Part shown: positions 28,617 through 40,449 of the stretch, piece by piece
Layout: each line of letters opens with the position of its first letter
Numbering within the stretch: the first letter of the stretch is position 1
Sequence record: NC_014467.1
DNA from: Escherichia phage RB16
Length of the DNA: 64,000 nucleotides
Strand: one strand, 5' to 3'
Made by a program: the position numbers and the translations under genes
The notes under the pieces: model-generated
What the model was told of the DNA's origin: nothing
Databases searched by the model: none
Seen by the model: only the letters and a program-made list of their open reading frames with translations

Positions 28617-29434
28617 TTGTTTGGATACTGGTATAATAGTTCGCTGCGTAACTACATTGTTCTTATGGGACAATTGTTTAACCATGTTCAGGTTAAAAGA
28701 GTACGCGGCGATCAAGAAAAATTTATTAAGGTTCCAATTACCTACGCATCGAAAGAGAAATTTCTTGCTTCCATGAATAAACTCAACTATGCGTATAGTC
28801 AGGAAAACGTAGCAAAGACGGAAACCATTTTACCGCGAATGAACCTATCACTGGTCGATCTGCAATATAACGCAATTCGTAAAACCAGCATAGCGGTCAA
28901 CCAAAAAATGACGCAATTGCAATCACCCCGCAAGACGATCACACAGTTTAACCCTGTGCCTTATCGTTTAATTTTTGAACTGGGTGTGTATACGCGATAT
29001 GAAGACGACATGTTTCAGATCGCAGAACAGATTTTACCGTATTTTCAACCACATTTCAACTGCAAGATTACCGAACTGCATAAGAACGAAATCACAGTTG
29101 ACCGAGACATCAAAATCAGTCTCCAGTCGGTTGCACCAGATACAACGTTTGAGGGCGAAGCATCACAGCGCCGACATGTTGAATGGTCTTTCATGTTCGA
29201 ATTGCAGGGTTATCTGTACCCGCCTGTTACTGACGTTAAGGGCGAAATCAGAACAGTATACACGGATTTCTTTGCCAATATGAACCCATTGGATAAAGAT
29301 AACTTTGAATCCGTTGATAGTCAAGCCGATCCGGTAGATCTGCCTTTGCAGGATTACACGGGCGAAGAATATATTCAGACGTATTCGCACGATAAGCCGA
29401 TCCCGTCTGGTGATGAACCTCCTAAGCCGAGGGA

Positions 29435-29438
<4 letters not shown>
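28617..29438 (+). CDS. 15: gp15 tail sheath stabiliser and completion protein
   Basis: N-terminus MFGYWYNSSLRNY and ...IFELGVYTRYEDDMFQIAEQILPYFQPHF match T4 gp15; 273 aa. Confidence 0.85.
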
Positions 29439-31778
<2,340 letters not shown>

Positions 31779-31796
31779 ATTAGAGGAAATTCTATA

Positions 31797-33788
31797 ATGG
31801 CTTTACAATCTCCAGGTATTGAAACAAAAGAAACATCGGTACAATCTACCGTTGTTCGAAATTCAACTGGTCGCGCTGCCATTGTTGGTAAATTTTCATG
31901 GGGGCCAGCTTATCAGATCCGTCAGATTTCTAACGAAGTCGAACTGGTAAACTATTTTGGTTCCCCAGACAACCTAACCGCTGATTATTTCATGAGTGCT
32001 GTTAACTTCTTGCAGTACGGTAATGATCTCCGTGTGGTTCGTGTTGTCGATAAAGATGCCGCAAAAAACGCAAGCGCAATTTTTAACCAGATCAAAACAA
32101 CCATTGCTTCGCAGGGTTCCAACTACACCGTTGGCGACGTAATTAAGGTAAAATATAGCAACAACGTAGTTGAAGAAAATGGTAAAGTGTCCAAAGTTGA
32201 CAGTAACGGCAAAATCCTTGCGGTAGTCATCCCAAGCGAAAAAATCGTTGCTCGTGCAAAACAAATCGGGACTTATCCAGATATTTCTACTGGCTGGACT
32301 ACTGAAATCGTTTCTCAGTCTTCCGGTGTGTCTGCGTCAATCACGATCGATGGTATCGAAAGCGATTCTGGTATCACTCTGTTGAACCTGGATATTGCTA
32401 AAGAAACCATTCAAGGAACTGCGTTCCAGACACTGACCCAGAAATACCAGATCCCGTCTGTTGTGGCTCTGTATCCTGGCGAACTGGGTTCTACTGTACA
32501 GGTGGAGATTATCTCCAAAGCTGCTTACGATTCTGGCGCTATGATTTCCGGTTTCCCTTCTGGGATCTCCGTTAAAAACAGCGGTCGCTCTGTGATGACT
32601 TATGGTCCACAGACCGAAAACCAGTACGCTTTTGTTGTGCGTCGTGGTGGTATTGTACAAGAATCTTTCATCGTGTCAACAGAAAAAACCGACAAAGATA
32701 TCTACGGCGTAAACATCTATATGGATGACTTTTTCGCTAACGGTGGTTCACAGTACGTATTCGGTACTTCTATGAACTGGCCTAAAGGCTTCTCCGGTAT
32801 TCTAGAATTTGGTGGTGGTTTGTCCTCAAACGACACCGTAGGCGCTGATGAACTGATGACTGGTTGGGATATGTTCGCAGACCGCGAAGCCCTGCACGTT
32901 CCTCTGCTGATTGCTGGTGCTTGCGCTGGTGAAACTGTAGAAGTAATGTCAACCGTTCAGAAACACGTTATCTCGATCGGTGACGAACGTCAGGATTGTA
33001 CTGTGTTTGTATCGCCTCCGCGTTCTCTTCTGGTGAACATTCCTCTTGCTCAGGCAGTGGATAACATCATTGAATGGCGTATGGGATATACAATCAGTGG
33101 TAACACTCCGGTAGACAACAACCTGAACGTAAGTTCAAGCTATGGCTTCCTGGATGGTAACTATAAATATCAGTATGATAAATACAATGACGTGAACCGC
33201 TGGGTTCCGCTGGCAGGTGATATCGCTGGCCTGTGTGTTTACACTGATAGCGTTGCGCAACCGTGGATGTCTCCGGCTGGTTACAACCGTGGTCAGATCC
33301 GTAACTGCATTAAACTGGCTATTGAACCGCGTACTGCACACCGTGACGCGATGTATCAAGTTCAGATTAACCCGGTAACAGGTTTTGCAGGTGGCTCTGG
33401 TTTCGTTCTGTTCGGTGATAAAACACTGACTAATGTTCCGAGTCCGTTCGATCGTATCAACGTTCGTCGCTTGTTCAACATGATCAAGAAAGACATCGGG
33501 GATAACGCGAAATACAAACTGTTTGAAAACAACGACGATTTCACCCGTGCTTCGTTCCGTATGGATACTGGTCAGTACATGACGAATATTCGTGCGCTGG
33601 GTGGTTGCTATGATTACCGTGTAATCTGCGATATCACGAACAACACGCCAGATGTAATCGATCGTAACGAGTTTGTAGCGACTGTTTACGTGAAACCGCC
33701 ACGTTCTATCAACTACATCACTCTGAACTTCGTAGCAACGTCTACAGGCGCAGATTTCGATGAATTGGTAGGGCCACAAGCCGTATAA
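31797..33788 (+). CDS. 18: gp18 tail sheath protein
   Basis: 663 aa, order, size, N-terminus MALQSPGIETKETS typical of gp18. Confidence 0.95.
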   Translation: MALQSPGIETKETSVQSTVVRNSTGRAAIVGKFSWGPAYQIRQISNEVELVNYFGSPDNLTADYFMSAVNFLQYGNDLRVVRVVDKDAAKNASAIFNQIKTTIASQGSNYTVGDVIKVKYSNNVVEENGKVSKVDSNGKILAVVIPSEKIVARAKQIGTYPDISTGWTTEIVSQSSGVSASITIDGIESDSGITLLNLDIAKETIQGTAFQTLTQKYQIPSVVALYPGELGSTVQVEIISKAAYDSGAMISGFPSGISVKNSGRSVMTYGPQTENQYAFVVRRGGIVQESFIVSTEKTDKDIYGVNIYMDDFFANGGSQYVFGTSMNWPKGFSGILEFGGGLSSNDTVGADELMTGWDMFADREALHVPLLIAGACAGETVEVMSTVQKHVISIGDERQDCTVFVSPPRSLLVNIPLAQAVDNIIEWRMGYTISGNTPVDNNLNVSSSYGFLDGNYKYQYDKYNDVNRWVPLAGDIAGLCVYTDSVAQPWMSPAGYNRGQIRNCIKLAIEPRTAHRDAMYQVQINPVTGFAGGSGFVLFGDKTLTNVPSPFDRINVRRLFNMIKKDIGDNAKYKLFENNDDFTRASFRMDTGQYMTNIRALGGCYDYRVICDITNNTPDVIDRNEFVATVYVKPPRSINYITLNFVATSTGADFDELVGPQAV

Positions 33789-33791
33789 GTC

Positions 33792-33811
33792 AAAGGGGCT
33801 TTTCAGCCCCT
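33792..33811 (+). terminator. hairpin after gp18 (weak terminator or RNA-stabilising stem-loop)
   Basis: AAAGGGGCT-tttc-AGCCCCT; no strong T-run. Confidence 0.45.
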
Positions 33812-33818
33812 ATAAATA
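33811..33818 (+). promoter_or_regulatory. T4-type late promoter motif TATAAATA upstream of gp19
   Basis: Exact TATAAATA 15 nt before ATG at 33833. Confidence 0.6.
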
Positions 33819-33832
33819 ATCCGAGGTTAAAA

Positions 33833-34318
33833 ATGCTTACTGACATTTTACGCGCCTTTGAATCCGGTGATTTCGCACGTCCGAACTTGTTCGAAGTAGA
33901 GATCCCGTATCTGGGCAAAAACTTTAAATTCAAATGTAAAGCGGCAACCATGCCAGCGGCTACAGTTGAAAAAGTTCCTGTAGGCTACCAAAACCGCAAA
34001 ATAAACCTTGCTGGTGACCGTACCTATGATGACTGGACAATCACAATCTATAACGATGACGCGCACAATACGAGAAACGCACTGGTAGCATGGTCAAATA
34101 TGCTGCACGGTATGGGTGATCAAATTAGCGGTGATATTCCAGCGAACTACAAAAAAACTGCTACGGTGAAACAGAAAAACCGTAACGAAGAGATAACCGC
34201 AGATCACACCATTCATGGTTTATTCCCAACTAACGTGGGTGAGGTTACTTTAGACTGGGATTCGAATAATGAAGTATCAACTTTCGAGTGTACCTTTGCG
34301 CTGGACTGGTGGGAATAA
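33833..34318 (+). CDS. 19: gp19 tail tube protein
   Basis: 161 aa, order and size. Confidence 0.9.
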   Translation: MLTDILRAFESGDFARPNLFEVEIPYLGKNFKFKCKAATMPAATVEKVPVGYQNRKINLAGDRTYDDWTITIYNDDAHNTRNALVAWSNMLHGMGDQISGDIPANYKKTATVKQKNRNEEITADHTIHGLFPTNVGEVTLDWDSNNEVSTFECTFALDWWE

Positions 34319-34323
34319 AGAGT

Positions 34324-34331
34324 TATAAATA
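34324..34331 (+). promoter_or_regulatory. T4-type late promoter motif TATAAATA upstream of gp20, followed by a hairpin at 34333-34350
   Basis: Exact TATAAATA 42 nt before ATG at 34373. Confidence 0.55.
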
Positions 34332-34372
34332 CAGGGGTAGCAATACCCCTATCATTATTTTTCGGAGTTACT

Positions 34373-35947
34373 ATGAACTTTTTGGGCTTTGGCAATGTAC
34401 TTAGCTTTTTCAAGAATTTCGCCCGTGAGGATGAAATTGAACTTGAACAGCAATTAAAAAATGATACAGGTTCGGTCGCGCCTCCTAAAAATAATGATGG
34501 TGCTTACGAGATCGAAACCGACCTGAATAACCAGAAATATGCTGGCGTATTCCAACAATTTTATTCTGGACAAGATCCAGCGATCCAAAACAAAGAACAA
34601 TTAATTAATACGTATCGCGGTATTATGTCTTATCCAGAAGTTGAAAACGCAGTGTCGGAAATTATCGACGATGCGATCGTTAACGAACAGGGTAAAGATA
34701 TCATCACCCTGGATCTGGCTAAAACGAATTTTAGTAAGGCTATTCAAGATAAGATCGTTGAAGAGTTCGACAACGTTCTAAATATCTATGACTTTGATAA
34801 CATGGGCGCACGTCTGTTCCGTGATTGGTATGTGGATTCCCGTATATACTTCCATAAAATCATGCACAAAGACGAAACCAAAGGTATCCGCGAACTGCGT
34901 CAACTTGACCCGCGTTGCATGGAACTGATCCGAGAATCTATCACAGAAACCCTTGATGGTGGCGTGAAAGTATTCCGGGGTTATCGCGAATTTTTCGTGT
35001 ATAGCGCTCCTAAAGCTGGCTATACATACAACGGACAGATCTACCAGGCAAACCAGAAGATTAAGATCCCGCGCTCCGCTATCGTGTACGCTCATTCCGG
35101 TCTGGAAGATTGCAGCAACAATATTATCGGATATCTTCACCGCGCTGTCAAGCCTGCAAACCAATTGCGTTTGCTTGAAGATGCGATGGTGATCTACCGT
35201 ATTACCCGTGCTCCTGAACGCCGTGTGTTCTATATCGACGTTGGACAGATGGGCGGTAACAAAGCGACTCAGTACGTGAATAACATTGCACAGGGCTTAA
35301 AAAACCGTGTTGTGTATGATGCCCGTACAGGTACTGTTAAAAACCAGCAGAACAACCTGTCAATGACAGAAGATTACTGGTTGATGCGTCGTGACGGTAA
35401 AGCGATTACAGAGGTTTCTACGCTTCCAGGCGGTCAGAACTTCTCTGATATGGATGATATCAAATGGTTTAACCGTAAGCTATATGAAGCCCTGCGTGTG
35501 CCATTAAGCCGTATGCCTCGCGATGACGGGGGTATGCAAATTGGTGGTGGTGGTGAAATCACCCGTGATGAACTCAAATTTAACAAGTTCATACGCACAC
35601 TGCAAATTCAGTTCAGTCCTGTTCTGTCAGATCCGTTAAAAACGAACCTGATTGCGAAAAAAGTCATCACCGAAGATGAATGGGACGAGAACGTTAGCAA
35701 AATTTCGTTTATCTTCCAGCAGGATTCATATTATGCGGAAGTAAAAGACATCGAGATCATGGAACGCCGTCTAACGTTGATGTCTCAGGTCGAGGGTGTA
35801 GTTGGGAAATATGTCTCCCATAAATACATCATGAAAGAGATTCTTCGAATGTCCGACGAGGATATTGACGAACAAGCGAAATTGATCGAAGAAGAATCTA
35901 AAGAAGAACGTTTTAAAAATCCAGAAGCGGAAGAGGAAAACTTTTGA
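34373..35947 (+). CDS. 20: gp20 portal vertex protein
   Basis: 524 aa (same as T4 gp20), order. Confidence 0.95.
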   Translation: MNFLGFGNVLSFFKNFAREDEIELEQQLKNDTGSVAPPKNNDGAYEIETDLNNQKYAGVFQQFYSGQDPAIQNKEQLINTYRGIMSYPEVENAVSEIIDDAIVNEQGKDIITLDLAKTNFSKAIQDKIVEEFDNVLNIYDFDNMGARLFRDWYVDSRIYFHKIMHKDETKGIRELRQLDPRCMELIRESITETLDGGVKVFRGYREFFVYSAPKAGYTYNGQIYQANQKIKIPRSAIVYAHSGLEDCSNNIIGYLHRAVKPANQLRLLEDAMVIYRITRAPERRVFYIDVGQMGGNKATQYVNNIAQGLKNRVVYDARTGTVKNQQNNLSMTEDYWLMRRDGKAITEVSTLPGGQNFSDMDDIKWFNRKLYEALRVPLSRMPRDDGGMQIGGGGEITRDELKFNKFIRTLQIQFSPVLSDPLKTNLIAKKVITEDEWDENVSKISFIFQQDSYYAEVKDIEIMERRLTLMSQVEGVVGKYVSHKYIMKEILRMSDEDIDEQAKLIEEESKEERFKNPEAEEENF

Positions 35948-36192
35948 TGAAAGAATTTATCGAAGCAATCAAAAGCGGCGATCTGGTGGAGGCTAAGAAG
36001 CAATTCTACTCCATCATGGAAGACCGTACCGAAGCCCTTCGCCAAGAAATGCGCGTTGAAATTGCAGAAGCAGTCCGAATCGAAGGTGAAACCGACGAAG
36101 ACGACAGCGACGATGATAAAGACGACAAAGACGGCGAAAAAGGCGAAAAAGACAAAAAGCCGTCTGAAAAAGACGACAAAGCCGACGAATAA
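35944..36192 (+). CDS. 67: gp67 prohead core protein
   Basis: 82-aa highly acidic protein (DEDDSDDDKDDKDGEKGEKDKK) between portal and protease genes. Confidence 0.75.
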   Translation: MMKEFIEAIKSGDLVEAKKQFYSIMEDRTEALRQEMRVEIAEAVRIEGETDEDDSDDDKDDKDGEKGEKDKKPSEKDDKADE

Positions 36193-36204
36193 GAGGTGTA
36201 AATA

Positions 36205-36612
36205 ATGCAACTCGAACTCGAAGATATTAGTACCGAACTTATCGAACCCCATTTAACCGAAGCGAAAGCCCGTGTTGATATTCTGGGGATTGATGAAGGT
36301 ACAATTAAAATTATCGAAAATTTGGCGGTCGATGAACCTCATTTAGCCCTGGCGATGATGTCCATTGTTGAGGGTTTGAGTTTAGATGAAGTCATTGTTA
36401 AACACGTCGATTCTCGCGGTAATGTGGAACGTAAAAAGGACCGCAAAACCCGTGAACGTAACGCGTATCAAACAACTGGTCTTACTAAATCTCAACGTCG
36501 CCAGATCGCGCGTCGTGCGATGAAAACAAAACGTGCGAATCCTTCTATTACAACCCGCGCACAACGCAAGCGCAAAAAAGCGCTCCGTAAACGCGCCGCA
36601 TTAGGGCTATAA
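36205..36612 (+). CDS. 68: gp68 prohead core protein
   Basis: 135 aa, basic C-terminus, position. Confidence 0.75.
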   Translation: MQLELEDISTELIEPHLTEAKARVDILGIDEGTIKIIENLAVDEPHLALAMMSIVEGLSLDEVIVKHVDSRGNVERKKDRKTRERNAYQTTGLTKSQRRQIARRAMKTKRANPSITTRAQRKRKKALRKRAALGL

Positions 36613-36614
36613 AT

Positions 36615-37262
36615 ATGAATGAATCCCAACTCAATGAAAACGGCGATATGCTGCTAATCGAGGAATGGGGTTTACCTTGTGCGGATATTTCCGATTCGAT
36701 TTTAGAATCGGTCGGTGCGTCTAAAGACGGTAAACTTCGGATTGAAGGTATTTTCCTACAGGCTGAAAAAGTAAACCATAATAAACGACTGTACCCGAAA
36801 AAAGTATTAGAAGAAGCAGTAAATGATTATATCAGAACTCAAGTTAATACCCGTCAAGCACTGGGTGAAATGAATCACCCTCCGCGCCCGAATGTGGACC
36901 CGCGAAATGCTTGCATCCTCATTGAAAAAATGTGGTGGAAAGGTAATGACGTTTGGGGCCGTGCGGTTGTTGTCGAAGGTGACAACGCGGATGGTGATAA
37001 ACTTGCGGCGTTAATTCGTGCTGGTTGGGTTCCTGGTGTTTCTTCTCGCGGACTAGGTAAACTTGCCGATTCCGGTAAAGGTTACGGTATCGTACAAGAA
37101 GGGTTTAAATTGGCTGTAGGTGTTGATGTAGTTTGGGGGCCAAGCGCTCCAGATGCTTACGTTAAACCAATAACCGAATCTCAGCAGACGAAACCGCTTG
37201 TTGAGAATATTAGTGCTGATGACGCTTTCAGAAAATTATCTGAACGTTTGAAAGGTCTATAA
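36615..37262 (+). CDS. 21: gp21 prohead core protease
   Basis: 215 aa, order and size, position before scaffold gene. Confidence 0.9.
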   Translation: MNESQLNENGDMLLIEEWGLPCADISDSILESVGASKDGKLRIEGIFLQAEKVNHNKRLYPKKVLEEAVNDYIRTQVNTRQALGEMNHPPRPNVDPRNACILIEKMWWKGNDVWGRAVVVEGDNADGDKLAALIRAGWVPGVSSRGLGKLADSGKGYGIVQEGFKLAVGVDVVWGPSAPDAYVKPITESQQTKPLVENISADDAFRKLSERLKGL

Positions 37263-37265
37263 ATA
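37258..37265 (+). promoter_or_regulatory. T4-type late promoter motif TATAAATA upstream of gp22
   Basis: Exact TATAAATA 27 nt before ATG at 37293. Confidence 0.6.
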
Positions 37266-37292
37266 ATATCATATCAAACAGGAAACTTAGAA

Positions 37293-38084
37293 ATGCTAAA
37301 AGAACAACTGTTGGCAGAAGCCCAGAACCTGGATACTCCAGTTGAGTTAGACAGCATTTTCGAATCAGTTGAACTTTCTGATGAAGTGAAAGCGAATTTC
37401 ACCACTGTATTCGAACAAGCTGTAAAAGCTAACGCTGTAAAACTCGCAGAATCCCATATCAATCAGATCGCGGAACGTTCCGATGAACTGGTTGAAGCCC
37501 AGGTTGCCGAAAAAGCTGGCGCAATCGAAACACAACTGTACGAAGATGCAAATAAATACTTCGACCACATCGCACAAGAATGGCTCTCAGAAAACAAAGA
37601 AGCCGTATCCCGCGATATTAAGGCCGACTTATTCGAATCTCTGGTTGCTGGTATGAAAGAATTGTTCGTTGATCACAACGTAATTATTCCAGAAGCCCAG
37701 GTTGATGTTGTTGCAGAACTCGAAGATGAACTGACCGAAAATCAGCAGGAAGTTAAGCGCCTGTTTGAAGCGAATCAGGCTCAGGCTAAAGAGATCGCCA
37801 ACATGAAACGCGATACAATCGTTTCAGAAAAAACCAAAGATTTAACCGAATCCCAGGTTGAGAAAGTTCAGAACCTGATCGAAGGTTTGGAATATTCCGA
37901 CAAGTTCGAATCCAAACTGACCGCAATTGTCGAAATGGTAGCGACTAAAGCGGAAAAACAGGTTGACGAGAGTACAAATACTCAGACAACCACTAAAGAC
38001 GATTTTGTTCCGGTAAATGAAAATGCTCCGGCAGAGAAATCGAAGATCAATAAATATGTTGAAGCGGCTAAACGCCTTTCCTAA
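37293..38084 (+). CDS. 22: gp22 prohead core scaffold protein
   Basis: 263-aa acidic alpha-helical protein, position before major capsid gene. Confidence 0.85.
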   Translation: MLKEQLLAEAQNLDTPVELDSIFESVELSDEVKANFTTVFEQAVKANAVKLAESHINQIAERSDELVEAQVAEKAGAIETQLYEDANKYFDHIAQEWLSENKEAVSRDIKADLFESLVAGMKELFVDHNVIIPEAQVDVVAELEDELTENQQEVKRLFEANQAQAKEIANMKRDTIVSEKTKDLTESQVEKVQNLIEGLEYSDKFESKLTAIVEMVATKAEKQVDESTNTQTTTKDDFVPVNENAPAEKSKINKYVEAAKRLS

Positions 38085-38105
38085 TCTTTTATAAGGTAAG
38101 AAACA

Positions 38106-39680
38106 ATGTCTAAGAAAAACGAATTGATGGAAAAATGGAACGATCTTCTGGAATCTCAGGAAGGTTTACCGGATATCGCTACCAAATCCAAAAAACAACT
38201 GGTCGCTGCCATTCTGGAAGCACAGGAAAAAGACGCTGAAACCGATCCGGTTTATCGCGACGAAAAAATTGTGGAATCCTTCGGTGGTTTCCTGGCAGAA
38301 GCAGAAATTGCTGGCGATCATAACTATGACCCGACCAACATCGCTTCTGGTAAATCCAGCGGTGCTATCACCAACATCGGTCCTGCTGTAATCGGTATGG
38401 TTCGCCGTGCGATCCCTAACCTGATTGCGTTCGACATTTGCGGTGTTCAGCCTATGACTGGTCCTACTGGTCAGGTGTTCGCTCTCCGTGCTGTCTACGG
38501 TAAAGATCCTCTGGCTGGCGGTACTCCGGCAGATGTTCGTGAAGCATTCCATCCGATGTTTGCCCCGGATACCATGTATTCTGGTGAAGGTGCTCACACT
38601 GCATTCTCGAAAATCACCACTGGTACAGCGATCGCTACTGGCGCTATCGTATACCACATTTTCCAGGAAACTGGTATTGCATACTTCCAGAACGTTACCT
38701 CTGGCAACGTAACTGTAACTGGTGCTGATCCGGCTGCTCTGGATGCTGCTGTAATCGCAGAGAACGAAAAAGGTACTCTGGCTGAAATCTCTGTTGGTAT
38801 GGCTACCAGTGTAGCAGAACTGCAAGAGAACTTCAACGGTTCCAGCTCTAACCCGTGGAACGAAATGGCTTTCCGTATCGACAAACAGGTTATCGAAGCC
38901 CGTAGCCGTCAACTGAAAGCACAGTATTCTGTTGAACTGGCACAGGATCTTCGCGCTGTTCACGGTATGGACGCTGACGCAGAACTGTCTGCAATTCTGG
39001 CAACTGAAATCATGCTGGAAATCAACCGCGAAATCGTTGATCTGATCAACTATACCGCTCAGGTTGGTAAATCTGGTTTCACCCAGACCGTAGGCTCTAA
39101 AGCTGGCTCCTTCGACTTCCAAGATCCGGTAGATATTCGCGGCGCTCGTTGGGCTGGTGAAAGCTACAAGGCTCTGCTGATTCAGATCGACAAAGAAGCG
39201 AACGAAATCGCACGTCAAACAGGCCGTGGTGCTGGTAACTTCATCATCGCTTCCCGTAACGTGGTTTCCGCTCTGGCTCGTATCGACAGCGGCATCACTC
39301 CGGCAAGTCAAGGTCTCCAGAAGACTCTGAACGTTGATACCACGAAAGCAGTATTCGCTGGTGTTCTGGGTGGCACTTACAAAGTGTACATCGACCAGTA
39401 CGCTCGCCAGGATTACTTCACCGTTGGCTTCAAGGGCGACAACGAAATGGATGCTGGTATCTACTACGCGCCATACGTTGCACTGACCCCGCTGCGTGGT
39501 TCTGATCCGAAGAACTTCCAGCCAGTAATGGGCTTCAAAACTCGTTACGGTATCGGTATCAACCCGTTTGCGAACTCTCGCTCTCAGGCTCCGGCAGATC
39601 GTATCACCTCTGGTATGATCAGCAAAGAAATGTGCGGTAAAAACGCATACTTCCGTAAGGTCTGGGTTAAGGGACTTTGA
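38106..39680 (+). CDS. 23: gp23 major capsid protein
   Basis: 524 aa; CGVQPMTGPTGQVFALRAVYGKDP and many other segments match T4 gp23. Confidence 0.97.
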   Translation: MSKKNELMEKWNDLLESQEGLPDIATKSKKQLVAAILEAQEKDAETDPVYRDEKIVESFGGFLAEAEIAGDHNYDPTNIASGKSSGAITNIGPAVIGMVRRAIPNLIAFDICGVQPMTGPTGQVFALRAVYGKDPLAGGTPADVREAFHPMFAPDTMYSGEGAHTAFSKITTGTAIATGAIVYHIFQETGIAYFQNVTSGNVTVTGADPAALDAAVIAENEKGTLAEISVGMATSVAELQENFNGSSSNPWNEMAFRIDKQVIEARSRQLKAQYSVELAQDLRAVHGMDADAELSAILATEIMLEINREIVDLINYTAQVGKSGFTQTVGSKAGSFDFQDPVDIRGARWAGESYKALLIQIDKEANEIARQTGRGAGNFIIASRNVVSALARIDSGITPASQGLQKTLNVDTTKAVFAGVLGGTYKVYIDQYARQDYFTVGFKGDNEMDAGIYYAPYVALTPLRGSDPKNFQPVMGFKTRYGIGINPFANSRSQAPADRITSGMISKEMCGKNAYFRKVWVKGL

Positions 39681-39710
39681 TCCTAAGCTGTTGAAAAACA
39701 ACGACTTTTT

Positions 39711-39736
39711 AAAGGGAACCTTCGGGTTCCCTTTTT
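39711..39736 (+). terminator. rho-independent terminator after gp23
   Basis: AAAGGGAACC-ttcg-GGTTCCCTTTTT. Confidence 0.75.
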
Positions 39737-39741
39737 GTTTA

Positions 39742-39749
39742 TATAAATA
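39742..39749 (+). promoter_or_regulatory. T4-type late promoter motif TATAAATA upstream of the SegD-like gene
   Basis: Exact TATAAATA 24 nt before ATG at 39773. Confidence 0.55.
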
Positions 39750-39772
39750 GTGAAAACATTCGAGGCTATATT

Positions 39773-40411
39773 ATGAAACACATCATTTATAAAATAACAA
39801 ACACCATCAATAACAAAATATATGTTGGTGCTCACTCAACCGAAGATATCAACGATTCATACATGGGTTCCGGTATTGCAATCAAAAAAGCGCAAAAGAA
39901 ATATGGTATGGAACATTTCACAAAAGAAATACTTCATGTATTTGATACCCGTGAAGAAATGTATGAGAAGGAAAGGGAAATAGTTGATATTGAATTCATA
40001 AATCGACCAGATACATATAATGCTGGTATTGGTGGTAAAGGTGCTCCAATGGCGTTGATTGGATGGAGTGATGAACAACGCAAGCTGATTTCCGAAAATA
40101 CTTCGAAAGCTATGCAAACTCCAGAAATGCGCGAACGCCTTTCAAAAATAAAAACAGGGAAGAAGCAATCAGAAGAATCCAACAGGAAGCGTTCAGAGAC
40201 TATCAAAGCTATGTACAAGGGTTCTGCATTCGACAGAACCGGATCTAAGCTCACAGACGCGCACAAGGCCAAAATAAGCCGTTCTGTGTCGATAGATGGA
40301 GTTGTTTACGCAAGCGGTTCCGATGCTTCTAAAGCGTTGGGGCTTTCTCGATCTGGCCTTGATTACCGTTTAAAGAGTGACAAATTTCCTGAATGGAAAT
40401 TCGTTGCATAA
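39773..40411 (+). CDS. segD: GIY-YIG homing endonuclease (SegD-like) between genes 23 and 24
   Basis: N-terminal HIIYKITNTINNKIYVGAHST GIY-YIG motif; same position as T4 segD; clear paralogue of the endonuclease at 6699-7388. Confidence 0.85.
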   Translation: MKHIIYKITNTINNKIYVGAHSTEDINDSYMGSGIAIKKAQKKYGMEHFTKEILHVFDTREEMYEKEREIVDIEFINRPDTYNAGIGGKGAPMALIGWSDEQRKLISENTSKAMQTPEMRERLSKIKTGKKQSEESNRKRSETIKAMYKGSAFDRTGSKLTDAHKAKISRSVSIDGVVYASGSDASKALGLSRSGLDYRLKSDKFPEWKFVA

Positions 40412-40449
40412 ATAAACAATATACTCCCTCTAATTCAGGAACCAAAGAA

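Noticed and set aside
28611-28625. Non-ATG start or missing base at the gp15 start
   Set aside because: My hand count of the printed sequence around 28615-28623 is off by one relative to the ORF track (gp15 clearly begins MFGYWYNS); most likely my counting error, so not reported as a finding.
36608-36615. TATAAATA late-promoter motif at the gp68/gp21 junction
   Set aside because: It overlaps the gp21 start codon, so a transcript initiating ~6 nt downstream would lack the gp21 start; probably coincidental (TAA stop plus AT-rich start context) unless gp21 begins at the internal Met.
38166-39701. 511-aa ORF on the minus strand
   Set aside because: Exactly antisense to the gp23 major capsid gene, which has unambiguous protein-level identity; a shadow ORF. 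The same applies to 33135..33779 (antisense to gp18), 58462..59517 (antisense to nrdD), 5390..5920 (antisense to the Ip-like gene) and 18223..18795 (antisense to gp8).
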